Shown here piece after piece: positions 44,333 through 57,149 of a stretch of 64,000 nucleotides of DNA. Positions within the stretch are counted from its first letter, which is position 1, and each line of letters starts with the position of its first letter. Source of the stretch: Rhizodiscina lignyota (lineage: Eukaryota); the NCBI GenBank assembly GCA_010015805.1, contig ML978123.1:310001-374000 (forward strand), given 5' to 3'. The position numbers were made by a program, and so were the translations under genes. The notes beneath the pieces are model-generated. The model worked only from the letters and a program-made list of their open reading frames with translations. It was not told where the DNA came from and did no database searches.

Positions 44333-47230
44333 CTATAGCTTGTCATAGTACTGTAAAACATCGTTAGTGAGATATTGCTAAGAGAAAATAGATTTTCTAG
44401 ATGACTTACGTTGTCCACACCCGGAACCTCAGGCTTAAGACCCTTCCTCTTACGCATCTCCTCAACGACCTGACCAGGCTTCGAAGTCTTGTCAAGCGGG
44501 CTGCCACCTGGAAGAATCTGCCAGTGGTCAAACACAGACTGTGGGAAGGCCTGGCCACCGGTCGCTTGTCGGAGATCCGCAGTGAAACCGAAAGACTCGT
44601 TGACAGGAAGGTACGCCTTGACGTTGAAGAGAGGGGTACCAGGACGCTGGGACTCCTCGAAGACGTGACCACGCTTGCGGGTGAGCACACCGTAGATACC
44701 ACCCATGGCCTGTTCAGGCACCTGGATCTCGACCAAGAAGACGGGCTCAAGGATACCTGGGTCGGCAAGCAGGGTTGCGGCGTACAGCACACGACGAGAA
44801 GTAGGAATGATCTGTCCACCGCCACGGTGGATAGCATCAGCGTGAAGGGTGACGTCCATGATGTTGAAGCGGACCGCGCGCATTGGCTCCTCAGCGACTG
44901 GACCTTCCTTGGTTGCCCACTGGAAACCAGAGACAACGGAGTCCTTGATTTCGTTAAGGTACTGAACGGCCTTGGTCTGGTCAACGAGGACGTTGGCGCC
45001 AGAGGTGTCGGGACCGAAACACCAGATCTTGCGGGCATCGGTGACATCCCAGCCGTGCTCATCAGCAAGAATACGAGCACGAGCCTTGAAGTCGTCACGG
45101 GGTCCGATCTTGCCAGCCTCAATATCCCTTGCGACCTCTTCAGCGAGAGGAGCGGCGGTCATGTACAGACGATTGTGCTTGTTGGGCGACTTGGAAAGAG
45201 CAGTGATACTTGAAGTACCACCAACGGTCTCACGGTACTGGACGACGGGGTCGGAGATACGGAGAGGAACACCAGCATGATCCTCCTCAAGATCCTTCAA
45301 GCAGATTTCCAAGTGCAGCTCACCAGCACCAGCAACGACGTGCTCACCGGATTCGTTGATTAATGTCAAGACGCAAGGATCGGACTTAGACAGACGCTTG
45401 AGACCTTCGACGAGCTTGGGCAGATCGTTGGCGTTCTTGACTTCGACGGAGCGCTGCACGACAGGAGATACGGAGAACTTCATGACCTTCAGGTTGTGCG
45501 CCGTCTCGCTAGTGGTGAGAGTACCGGACTTGAGCAAGAACTGATCGACGCCGACAAGACCCAAGATGTTACCGGCGGGAACATCCTCGATGGGCTCGAC
45601 GAAACGGCCCATCATCAGGATGGTACGCTGGATGGACTTGATGAACAAGTCTTCCTTCTTGCCCGGGGTGTAGTTGGGGCCCTGGATACGGACCTTAAGA
45701 CCAGAGCGGACGGTACCAGAGAAGACACGACCGAAAGCGTAGAAGCGGCCCTTATCGGAAGTCGGCACCATCTTAGAGACGTACAACATGAGCGGGCCCT
45801 TAGGATCGCAGTCACGGATACCAATGGCGTTCTCGTCGTCGTGAGGACCCTCGTACAGAGTCTCCATACGATATCTCTGAGCAGTGACCGGGGATGGAAG
45901 GTGGAGAATCATCATCTCCAAGAGAGCGTCGGCAGCCGGCAGGAACTTCCTCATGACAACCTTAAGGAGAGCCTTGCCCTCGAGGTCTTTCTCGTCGCCA
46001 GTAAGCTTAATCTCAAGCTTCTCCAGAAGAGTTGGGATCTCGTCCTTCTTGAAGTTCATGACGGCGTTGAAAATCTTGAAAATCGGGTCCAGGATGAACT
46101 GGTTGAAAGCACGCTCAAGAGTCTGACCATCGTGCGTGCCAACCTTGGTCCACTTCTTGGTCTTCGGATTGAAGAAGCTGTCACCCTGAATGGAGTCAGC
46201 ACAGATTCGAAAGTTGGAGATTTAAGTGACTTACCCAGAGGCGCTCCATCATCTTGTTCTTGTCCACACCGAACTTCTTAGCATACCTATTGGCGAATTG
46301 CCTAATTGTGAAAGCCCAGCCGTGCAGACCAGATCCGAAAGCCACCGTACCCTTGTCGGGCATAACCTGGACATCACCGAGGGCCTTATCGTAGTATGTA
46401 GCAATGACGACGTTTACGGATTCGATGACACGAGAGAAATTCTGGTACAGATCCTCCTTCGAAAGCTGCAGCTCGAGAAGAGCTCGGTCGACCTTGTTGA
46501 TGATGACAACAGGCTTGATACGCTCACCAAGAGCCTGTCGCAGGACAGTTTCAGTCTGCACGCACACGCCCTCGACAGTGTCGACGACCACAAGCGCACC
46601 ATCGGTGACACGCAGCGCAGCCGTGACTTCGGATGAGAAGTCGACGTGGCCCGGAGAATCAATCAAGTTGATCAAGAAATCATTCTTGTCGACCTTGACT
46701 GGAATGTCCTTCATGTCTTCGGGATCGCTAAGTGTGGCATACAGAGAAATGGCGGTGGACTTGATTGTCACACCACGCTCCTGTTCATCCGGACGTGTAT
46801 CTGTGAATCGCGCCTCGCCTGCTTTCGCCGCCGAAATGATACCAGCACGCTGGACGAGGGAGTCGGTGAGGGTGGACTTGCCGTGGTCGACTGTAGGAGG
46901 GAAAATTGTTAGTTGCGAAGTGATCGAAGTAGCGTTGGAGTGGCTTACCGTGCGCAATAACCGACATGTTGCGGATATTGGCCGCGCTGTCCATAAGGGC
47001 GCGGATCTTGTGACATTGTTAGTTGTTGTCGCGAATTTTGTGGCGTTGCAGTGAATGCCGCTTGGAAATACATACTTCTTCGACGGTGAAGCTGTTGGGC
47101 GATATGTCAGCATCTTTTCGAAGGCAAATTGAAGGTACACTGCTCGTCCTCGAAGCTCGGATGGAGGCATGTAGAGTGTTCACTCGAGCTCTAAGGTGAG
47201 AATGAGACATGGAGCGACTTACTTGACCAT
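44333..47230 (-). CDS. EFT2: Translation elongation factor 2
   Basis: MVNFTVEE across micro-exons, [44 protein letters not shown], diphthamide loop [15 protein letters not shown], and terminal exon YYDKL-stop. Confidence 0.99.
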
Positions 47231-48689
47231 CTTGCCGGTATTGTCTGTTCTTTCTCTACTGTGCGGTTTTTTCTATACACAGGGTCTACCCCGCTGGCTC
47301 TGCGAGCAAGTCGCAGATGTTGATGCGAAATGAAAATTGGAGATGCGCTGCCTAGGCAGGCGTGAATATGCTGGAATAGCTCGAAAGCTGAGAAGTTGGT
47401 CAACAAGCTCTTGCCAGAGAGTGTTGCCGAGAGGGAAAAGAAGATTTTAAAGCGAAGGGAAATGTAGTGGGAAACAGCCTCCCCCGCCTCCAGCACTAAT
47501 GCCAATCGGGGTTAGCCCATTTTATCCAGGCGCTAAGCCAACTTTAGACACCACATGGACGGAGATAAGTTGGGTTATCTTCGCGTGGCCAACAGCGCCT
47601 TCAGTCACTTTGTCTCCTGTGCCTCTTCAAATCACAAAGTGAACCAAAACGGGATTCCACAGACGGTGTCTCTCATGATGGGACATTCTGCACAGTCACA
47701 ATGGCTTGTGCTGGCCCTTTTGCCCTCGGACAAATCCTTTGTGGCCAATAAGATTTCACGGATACCGAGTCGAGCTGAATGGCATAAGAGACATCTAACA
47801 GCTGCTGAGCCACGGTCAAAGTCATATCTCTGAAATTTCTCTTCAACAGACCTACTCAGGATAGGCTTTTGTTCAACCAAGCACTCTGAAATGCAGAAAT
47901 GCGACCATCAATCCCGCAGGGGGCAGAGGGGCCGGACAAGACGATCGAGCAGGCGTGGGATGCAGTCATGGCGAATATGAACAAGCTCAGACTTAGGAGA
48001 CGAGAGGAGCATTTTGTTCTAAGCCAGCAAGATGAGAGGAGGAAGGAGCTCACTTTAGTTCGAAGAGAGATGAAAGGAAGGTTCTTCGAGCCCACCTGTT
48101 ACGGCTAAGACTCAAAGAGCAGTGTTTTAGGCGAAACTGAAATCACCCGCAATGCTCCTTCTAAAGAAGGACTATGCGATGTTGGGCTATAGCTTCTGAG
48201 GCTTCAAAGGTGAGCATTACCATCATATGGATTTCAACAACGATTGAGCCGTGGATGGGGAACTGAGATCATTTAGGTGCAGTGCATTCGTCTATGAAAT
48301 GCGCCCGACAATGACAATAGACCATCTAAGGACTTCTTTTCATCCCTACATGTACAGTTCTCGGAGAATGAGCGCGTTGATCTGCTCGGACGCTTCGTTC
48401 GCCGGCATTGCGCATCTGCGGCTGACTTTTCGGGCGCCAGCGTCGCCCTTGCTGTGGACGTGAAAGACTTTGTCAACATCCACATTCCCTTTCATAGATA
48501 CGACAACCGCAGATACGACAACCGTAACCTCCCATATTCTCATTAAGGCATTGATAGACTCATTGCTCAATCCTACAGCAACTTTTAATCTACACGTAGG
48601 TAAATCCTACTCCCTTCCATCTCTCTATTTGTCCTTCTTCTCAGTACGAATCCGACATTCCGCTTTAGTTGCAGCAGCAAGATTTCATT

Positions 48690-49772
48690 ATGCCAAGGGA
48701 GAACAGCCCAGCTTCGTGGTTTCGAAACCTCAGTAACAAGGCGAGCCCTAATGCTTCTGTGCACCTCACGACAACCGTCGAAGAGCCACATCACCCTACA
48801 GCAAGCGAAAGGATGCCCCCACAACAACAGTCTCGACAGCAGTCTCGGAATCGCAGTCGCAAGTCTCGACGAAGTCGCTCTGATGCTTGTGTGGCCCCAA
48901 CTATAACCGTTGAAGCGCCACACCATCATCACGCAGCATCCGAAAGAATGCCTTCGCGCCAGCAGTCTCGACAGCAGTCTCGACAACAGTCTCGAAATCG
49001 CAATATTAAGTCTCTACGAAGCGGCTCTGATGCTTCTGCGGCCCCCACCATAATCGTCGAAGCACCACACCATCATCATCATACAGCAGCCGAAAGGCGG
49101 TCCATGCGACAGTCCCTGATGGAATCTGACATTAGCCAATATTCTGCGGCCGATGTGATGTCCTCACGACGAAGGCAAATGAGATCCGACAATAGCCAAT
49201 ATTCTGCAACGGAAGGGATGTCCACCAGCCAATATTCTGCAGCCGAAGGGATGTCCACCAGCCAGTATTCTGCAACCTCGATGACGGATGATGCACCTCT
49301 AAGCCCCTGGGCGTTCGAGGCTTTAATCCACGAAGCCGAAATCCTGCGTCAACTACCACCAGAGCTCAGCGAAGGCCTTCAAGACTACTTCGCCAAGTGG
49401 AGGGCAAAAGCGAAACGGCTGGAGCGGCAGCTGGCAGAGCTGAGGGCACAGGAGGGAGTGGAAGAAGCAGACATGGAGGAGCTGATGGATGCTGTCAAGA
49501 TGGAAATGGTGGCACTCTTTGAGCGGCTGCACGAGCTGGGTCTGGGGGAGAGGAAACCCCAGGGAAAGGATAAGGGAAAGCTCAAGGACATAGAGAGATC
49601 ATATTCTCCTTTAAAGAACTCTCTGACGCGGAATGGTGCGAGGAGTATACTGAACGAAGAGATCCAGGATATGAAGGAAGAGGAGCATGCGCTGGAGGAG
49701 GCGCAGATGGAATTACTTGAGAAAGGAGACGACATACCAGGAGCTGCGACCACGCAGTGCATAAACATGTAA
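48690..49772 (+). CDS. Orphan protein with internal repeats and a C-terminal coiled coil
   Basis: Uninterrupted ORF with three VE[EA]PHH(HHH)..ER..SRQQSR modules, four SQYSA units and an acidic heptad-rich C-terminus. Confidence 0.6.
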   Translation: MPRENSPASWFRNLSNKASPNASVHLTTTVEEPHHPTASERMPPQQQSRQQSRNRSRKSRRSRSDACVAPTITVEAPHHHHAASERMPSRQQSRQQSRQQSRNRNIKSLRSGSDASAAPTIIVEAPHHHHHTAAERRSMRQSLMESDISQYSAADVMSSRRRQMRSDNSQYSATEGMSTSQYSAAEGMSTSQYSATSMTDDAPLSPWAFEALIHEAEILRQLPPELSEGLQDYFAKWRAKAKRLERQLAELRAQEGVEEADMEELMDAVKMEMVALFERLHELGLGERKPQGKDKGKLKDIERSYSPLKNSLTRNGARSILNEEIQDMKEEEHALEEAQMELLEKGDDIPGAATTQCINM

Positions 49773-50711
49773 CTCAGAGTCTGCAGGGATGTGCATTAGC
49801 AAGTGCACAACCGCATAGAGTTACGTCGTATGCTCGGCGAATCAACAATCGGACTGCGTAACGAGAAACATCAGGTTTCATCAATGGGTTGAAAAGACGC
49901 AGTTCAGTTCAAAGAGCAATACTCATAGCCTGAGATGTAGATAACCTTACTATGATTTACCGGAATGGAGATGCTGCGGGCATCAATGGCTAACTCGGAC
50001 CGATACCTATGCATATTGTACAGTGAAAACATGTCTTAACCCCAAGGCTTGTCGGCATTAAATCAGATTACAGCGATGCGGCCGTAAGACTTCGGTCAAA
50101 CATCTCAGTTCTGGTTTCACCACCCCTTTAATGAATTGTAATCCTCTCCGAACAACGAGCACGAACCTAGGTATCTCTTTCCCGAGTACTTGTTCTGCGA
50201 GCAGATCAACCAATGAGAGGACCTTGTCACAATACTCCACATATAGCCATAAAAGGATATCGTTCCGACTCCACCACAGGCTATCAACTATTCACAGCAC
50301 GGATGCCCTCAGTATTTCGCTAACTTTCTACACCATCTCGCAGCGTCCAAATGTGTTATTATATAGTTTGTGACGTCTCTGAATATAGCATTGTGGCTTG
50401 GCCAGAAAGTCTCCGGTGAGCTGGTTGCGTACAGTTGCTCAGCCGGGGCTGACGATGAAACAGGATGTAAGAACGATGGTGATTATTTTAGCAAAGAGAA
50501 ATAGGAAAGCATTCAGTGAGTGGAGAATTCATGAGGTGTGTTAATTTCCATGCACTCCGCCTCGCAACTATGTCCAATTTACTATTAAAGGGCCATCTGC
50601 GGCTCTGTCTTCTTTCCGTCTTACAACAAGAAGCCCATTTCTACAATATCATAAAGCGGTCTCAAGAGCCCTCGATTAATCTAATTCACACGGTTCAAAT
50701 AAATCTCAATC

Positions 50712-51275
50712 ATGTACTTCACAACTCTCGCCCTCCTCAGTACCTGCCTCCTCTCGTCCGTCGCCTTCGCCGCCGACTCCAACAACTGTCCCGGTGTTAT
50801 GTACGCGCAGGTCGACAATACTGCTACCACATCCGGTTGCTGTGTTGGCGGCCACAACAACCCGCTCGTCATATCCCCTTGCCCCGGCTGGCCGGTATGC
50901 ACCGGTCCGACAACCACCTCGCAGCAGAGCAACCTGCTGTCCTGCGCGACTTTCATTCCCGCCACCGATGACAACTACTCCGATTTGGTTTCGAGCGCGA
51001 GCGTGAGTCTGCAGAAGAGCGGGACAAATATTAGGACTACGTTGGGCGTGAATAATAATGCGAAGAGCACCCCGGCCCCGACGAGCACAGGCAGTTCAGG
51101 AGGAAGTGCGTCGACGGGAAGCGGGATTACTCAATCACAATCGCAGGGAAGTGGTAGCAGCGCATCGTTCGTGCAATCGCAGTCTCAATCACAATCCACG
51201 GGTGCTGCTGTCCCAGTTGTCGTGGAGTTGGGAGCGATTGCGGCTGGTATATTCGGCGCAGCTGTGCTCCTGTGA
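50712..51275 (+). CDS. Small secreted Cys-rich, probably GPI-anchored cell-surface protein
   Basis: Signal peptide, 6-Cys domain (C...CC...C...C...C), Ser/Thr/Gly/Gln stalk, and an omega-like STGAA followed by a hydrophobic C-terminus. Confidence 0.82.
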   Translation: MYFTTLALLSTCLLSSVAFAADSNNCPGVMYAQVDNTATTSGCCVGGHNNPLVISPCPGWPVCTGPTTTSQQSNLLSCATFIPATDDNYSDLVSSASVSLQKSGTNIRTTLGVNNNAKSTPAPTSTGSSGGSASTGSGITQSQSQGSGSSASFVQSQSQSQSTGAAVPVVVELGAIAAGIFGAAVLL

Positions 51276-51660
51276 GAGGACAAGGTCAATATATCCCGGG
51301 GCGAGTGTGGAAAGTGCGAGGAGGGACAGAGTTATGGGTAAAAGCCAGGGAAGGGAAGAGACCAGAATTGATGAACGGAAAAGGAGTATCTTAGGAGATT
51401 GTCTTCGTCAGGCGACACAGTTACCATAAATTATAGAGTTTAATCCAGACCCATCGAAATACGAAAAATGTCCTTCATCGTTCTGGTCAATTTCGTATCG
51501 AAGTGGCTAAAGGATAATCGATCATGTATCATTGAAGGGTATGGACATCTAGTCTTAACGAGATATGCAGCCGTGGTTTGCATCTCCCCAGACTCTCTTC
51601 ACGCATCTACTCGCCTGTACCGTTTACGCCGTAGCTCCATGCTTTTGTTCGTGATCATGC

Positions 51661-53823
51661 TTACAAGAAGACCTCTAAATTGATCTCCAGCGCGCTGACA
51701 GGGAAGCTAAAATATTGTTAGCGATACTTGGCTAATAGCAACGGACATATCCAGATACTTACGGAAGGTCATAGTTCTTCAGTACTGTCGGATGGAGGAT
51801 ACCGAAAGAACCGATCTGTTCCTTCTTGCCCTCCAAGCTCAGCATGATCGCTGCAGCATGGCCTTGGAAGAAGGTTGGGTCGTCGATTTCCTCGATCCAG
51901 TAGCCTTCGAGCTTCTCATTCTTTAAACCATCCTCACGTGTAATGAAGGCCGATCTCAGCATCTGCATGACGCGGTCAAGCAGTCCGTGGACGACCTCGA
52001 AACCGCTGGTCTTGCCGTACCAAGCTGCAGCGAAGTGCCTCTCATTCCTGCTCTTTCGTTCAAGGCTCAGGTCCTTGAAAGCGACGTCGCTTGCCTCAAA
52101 GACTTTCATCGGTACCGGTCTATGCTTGTTCTCTCTGATCGTCTTGAGTATTCCAGGGAGCAGACTCGTCCGTACGATCTGATATTCTGCACTCTTCGGA
52201 TTCTGTAGCCGAACCGCAGTCTTGCCATCATCAACGCGGTTCAGCCATGCAAAGTTCTCGTCGTGTGAGCAGAGAATGAGCGGCATGACTTCGCTCCAGC
52301 CGGCCATAGCTGCCTCCATGCGGACAATATCAGCAAGCTTGTTGATCGGGAGTGGCGCACCGACAGCAGCAGACTTGTTCGGGTAGAAGCGCGGAAGATT
52401 GTTGAACCCGTAAGCGACCGCGACGTCTTCCATGATGTCGGCCTGGTGTAGCACATCGGCACGAGTGACTGGAACGGATATATCGAGAAGTTTCTTGGGA
52501 TCGGATTTAGACGGTACTACGTGGTATCCCATGCGCGTGAGGAGTTTAGCCTGCTCTTGAGGTGAAAGCTCAAGCCCTGTACACTCGTTAATGTACGCAA
52601 CTTCCGCTTCCATCTCTCTCGGTGTAAGGTCTGGCGCTTCTCGCGTCTCGTGGTTGTGAGGAGAGTTGATTTTGATGGGCTCGACGGTATAAGGCTCTGC
52701 GCAGTACTGGCTGAACATAGCACATAAAATATGGTTCACAATCTCCACCTTGGTCTTGTCCAGCGCAGTGATCTCGATGAAAACATTCTTGGTATTGAGT
52801 GTGATCTTAGAATGGTCGCCGTTGATGATCGGTGGTAAGGACAGGACTGTTCGGTTGGCATCGTAGATGACTGGATATACTGGGGAATCGCGGATGATAT
52901 GGAGGTAGCGACCTAGATGTCTATCTTTCTGTAAAGATGTCAGATGTGTGGCCGTGAGGTAACGAGGCACTTACCTCGTAGAATTCCATTAGTTCTTTTC
53001 CATTCATCTTCTTCGTCTGATTCAATGGAACAAACTCGATTTGCTCCGGTGGGAGGGCCTCATAGGAGAAAGGGCCTTTAATCGTATCTAGGTCGTGTGT
53101 ACCTATTGACACGAGCGTACGCTGTCTAGCAAGGTTCGCGTGCAATTTGTCCTGGAGAGCGATGAACTGCTCGTAGCTCTTCTTCGTGAAGGTGATATTG
53201 CGAAGGACTGCTCCAGAGACGAGTGGTCGTATTCTCATTGTCTAGATGACATCAGCCACAACCGAGGTCTTCATGTCCATCTCTGACTCACGTCCTCCTT
53301 CACATTCAGTATCTGTAACTCTCCACCTGGAGGTGGGACAAGTCGGAAGTTTGGTAGAGTCATGCGCTCCAAGAAGACATTGAGGTTCATGGCTATGCCT
53401 TCAAAGCACAGCATGTCATATCTAGCCCGTATAAGCTGCTTATTGCATCCTTCGCATGCTCGTCGAGATATACCTGTTCGCTGGTATCTCTATCTTGAGT
53501 TGTGGAGGTTCTTGGACGCCATCTACGATTGGACGCTCGTCGTTCGTGGTCTGAGAGACATTAGAGGATTCACGCAAGGGCGCCCCATTGCACATACGTC
53601 TTCGTCGAGTTCGATCCCTAGTATATAATTAGCATTGATCAAAACAGAAAGTACTTTAAGTGCGCACCGAATTCGAAACATAGTTCATCGAACTCTTCGG
53701 TGGTGAATCTTCAGCAACAAACAGTTAGGCCTTCATTCGAGTTCAAAGACACAGAGTCATTGCGACTCACTCTCTGCCCAAAGCCTTGAAGAGGTCCGCC
53801 TTGTCGACTGCGATGGTAGGCAT
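51661..53823 (-). CDS. FRS1: Phenylalanyl-tRNA synthetase beta subunit (cytoplasmic)
   Basis: MPTIAVDK...[72 protein letters not shown] and last exon [14 protein letters not shown]. Multiple introns. Confidence 0.95.
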
Positions 53824-54401
53824 GTTCGCGCCAGCCTACAGCTTGCGCCGGGGGTTTGTACAACGTAAGGGGCCTAGCTTTCGGTCGCTCCGCTGTCGAC
53901 GGCGTCGTGGAGCTCAATATGAGGCTGAACAGTGGAGGCTAAATAGCTTCGAGAAGTTCAGCTCGAGCGTTTGCGCGAATTGGCGTGGAGTAAGCCGAAC
54001 AGTCATGGCGCACACGGAGCTCATTAAATTTCGAGGTTGTCAGCCACATGTGGCGGTGCGGCTTTGTGTGGAGCAATCGATCTGCCCAAATTGAGGCGAG
54101 CAACGCAGAGCAGCATCACAAACTCGCAACACCCCACACCAACTTCAATAATCCCACGCACGTCACTCCTGCCTCTCCCAAACACGCCCTCCCGAGTGCT
54201 GCGGAAAATCCTGCATCTGAGGGAGCTTCAACTTGTCGCGCAACACCCAGGCTGGCCCACCTCGAGCTCAGTTCACGCTGCCGCCCGGTCATTTCCTCCT
54301 TAGCAACGAAGGAACAGCCCGCAACGCCTCTTCTCACTTGGCTCGATCCCGAGTGGATCGCACGCTCCTTTCACAATCTAAGCACGTAGAGCACGAGCAG
54401 C

Positions 54402-56698
54402 ATGGAGGGGCCGAATCAGAACGACGAGCTATATCCCATTGCTGTCCTCATTGACGAGCTCAAGGTGCGCCTGCACACGCGACATCATCAATGGACTCAT
54501 TCACTGATTTATTCCAGCACGACGATGTTCTACTGCGCTTGAACGCTATCCACCGTCTTTCGACCATTGCTCTAGCTCTGGGACCTGAGCGGACGCGCGA
54601 CGAGCTCATACCCTTCTTAGATGGTGCGTCTGCCTTAGATATGTTGCTGTCTGGATAGTGCTGATTGAACACAACAGAGTCGGTCGAGGACGAAGATGAG
54701 GTGCTCACAGCACTGAGCGAGGAGCTGGGCAATTTCGTCGACCTTGTCGGCGGCCCCGAGTACGGGCATGTCCTTCTCTCGCCTTTGGAGAACCTGGCGG
54801 CCATCGAGGAACCACTGGTCCGTCAGAAGGTGCGGTGTCTCTCTCGATGTGATTTCAGCGGCTATGCTAACAGTCTTTGTAGGCCGTCGAATCCTTGAAC
54901 AAGATATGCGAGCAGCTCTCGCAACAGCAAGTCGAAGAGTACTTCATTCCTCTCACCATGCGCCTCTCGAAAGCCGACTGGTTTACCTCCAAAATCTCCG
55001 CAACTGGCCTCTACAATACCCCATACAAAATGGCTACACCGCCGTCCCAGGAAGGACTGAGGCAGCATTTTGGACAGTTGGTCCATGACGATACGCCAAT
55101 GGTTCGGAGACAGGCTGCGACTGAGATGGCGACGTTCATCAAATCCATGCCTGCGGCGATTGTGATCGAGGAGATGATTCCACTCTTCCAACATCTCGCG
55201 GGCGATGATCAGGATAGCGTTCGATTGCTGACGGTGAACATTCTTATTGCGATAGCGGAGGCGGTCCCGAAGGAGCAGCAGTCAAGTCATGGAGTACTCC
55301 TCACATCACTCCGGAGCCTGTTCGAAGACAAAAGCTGGCGAGTCAGGTATATGGTCGCGGATCGTTTTGAGAAGGTACATTTTTGTTACGCACTAACTCT
55401 CTCTTCTTTTATAGGAAGGCTACTGTTACTCACGTCCTGCAGATCGCCAAAGCAGTAGATGACGAGGTTGTCAGCCGAGACCTCGTTCCAGCGTTTGTCA
55501 AGCTCCTCAAAGATACCGAAGCAGAAGTACGCACTGCCATTGCCGGTCAGATTCCAGGTCAGATTTATCGCTCCTCATGCCCCCTTACGTCATACTCACA
55601 ACTCCCAGGCTTCTGTGCGCTGCTCGACCGAGAAACGCTTCTTCACGAAGTCATGCCTGCCATCGAGGAGCTCGTATCCGATTCTTCGCAACATGTCCGA
55701 GCGCGACTTGGTGAACAGATCAGTGGATTAGCACCCATCCTTGGCAAGGAAGAGTATGTTAGCGCTCTCGAATAGGAGGACTTGCAAACTAATTTCTTCC
55801 AGAACGATATCTCATCTTCTACCGATGTTCCTCAACATGCTCAAAGACGACTTCCCAGACGTCAGACTCGGTATCATCTCAAAACTCGAGTCTGTCAACA
55901 GTGGTAAGTATACCTTGTGGTATATAAGCTTCAAGAATTAACTTCTCTTAGTTATCGGTATCGAACTGCTCTCTCAGTCCCTACTCCCTGCCATCGTGCA
56001 ACTGGCTGAAGACAAGAACTGGCGCGTTCGTATGGCGATCATCCAATACGTGCCGCTCCTAGCATCACAGCTTGGTGTCAAGTTCTTCGACGAGAAGCTA
56101 AGCACCCTGTGCATGAGCTGGCTTGGCGATACCGTCTACAGCATCCGTGATGCTAGCACTAAGAACCTCAAGAAGCTGACAGAAGTATTCGGTGTCGAGT
56201 GGGCCACAGGCGCAATCGTGCCAAAGGTTATGGCGATGGGAAACCACCCGAACTACCTCTACAGAATGACGACTTGCTTTGCCGTCTCCGTGAGTCCTCT
56301 CAAACAAGACTGTAACAGAATGAATTTTATGCTCTAACAGCTCGCAGACCCTCGCTGACGTTCTCAATCTCCAAATCATCGAGACCGGCATCCTCCCAAT
56401 CATGGATAAGCTTGTCAACGACGACATCCCGAACATCCGCTTCAACGTCGCCAAGTCGTACAAGGTTCTCATCGACGTCCTCCGCAGACTCCCCGAGACA
56501 GGTACTCTCGCAGACATCGAGGCTGGAAATACTTCTCCCCCACCGGCTGGAGGCTCGCCGAAGGGCCTCGAGATCATCAACAGCGGCATCATGCCAAATC
56601 TCCAAAAGCTGCAGCAGGATGACGATGAAGATGTGAGGTTCTTTGCTGCGGACGCGGCGAAGAGTTACACCGAATCCGACGAGATGAATGTGGAATAG
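54402..56698 (+). CDS. TPD3: Protein phosphatase 2A scaffold (A) subunit, HEAT repeats
   Basis: [81 protein letters not shown] and [13 protein letters not shown]. About 8 introns. Confidence 0.96.
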
Positions 56699-57149
56699 AC
56701 GAAGGCTTCATGCAACTTTAACGGATTTGGTTCTATTGCGATATGAGCGCGCGTGTGGATGCTGAAGACATTTGGCGTTGGCGCGAAGCCGTGGGTGGTT
56801 GTAAGATTGGCAGTGGTTGAATGATAGACGGGGGAACAGATCTGCGGCAAAAGGGTTAAGTCTTCTGATGGGCTGCTACTTCTCTTCAGCTTCCCATCGA
56901 CAGTAGCCCTTTTTCAATACGACCTTGTAGTCACTCTCATCATGGAAGAGCAAAAGAATCGGCCTTTTTTCTGTTGTCTTTCATGGGAGTTAGCATGATC
57001 GGGAATCACAAATACCACTTTCTGTTTTACTGAAACAACGTCCCAGCTTCCCCTCGACTTTACCCAACTATCACTATATTTCCCCAAGTTTAAGTGCTCT
57101 TTTCATTCGAGGCAGATTGGCCCTATCGTGCCAAGATCACATTCGCTTC

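Noticed and set aside
44170..44410. Apparent C-terminal extension of EF-2 in the ORF track
   Set aside because: This is read-through of the last intron. Splicing gives the canonical YYDKL-stop at 44333.
47899..48736. Small ORFs upstream of the repeat-rich orphan, including a 15-bp tandem duplication near 48496-48525
   Set aside because: Too short and featureless to support as genes from the sequence alone.
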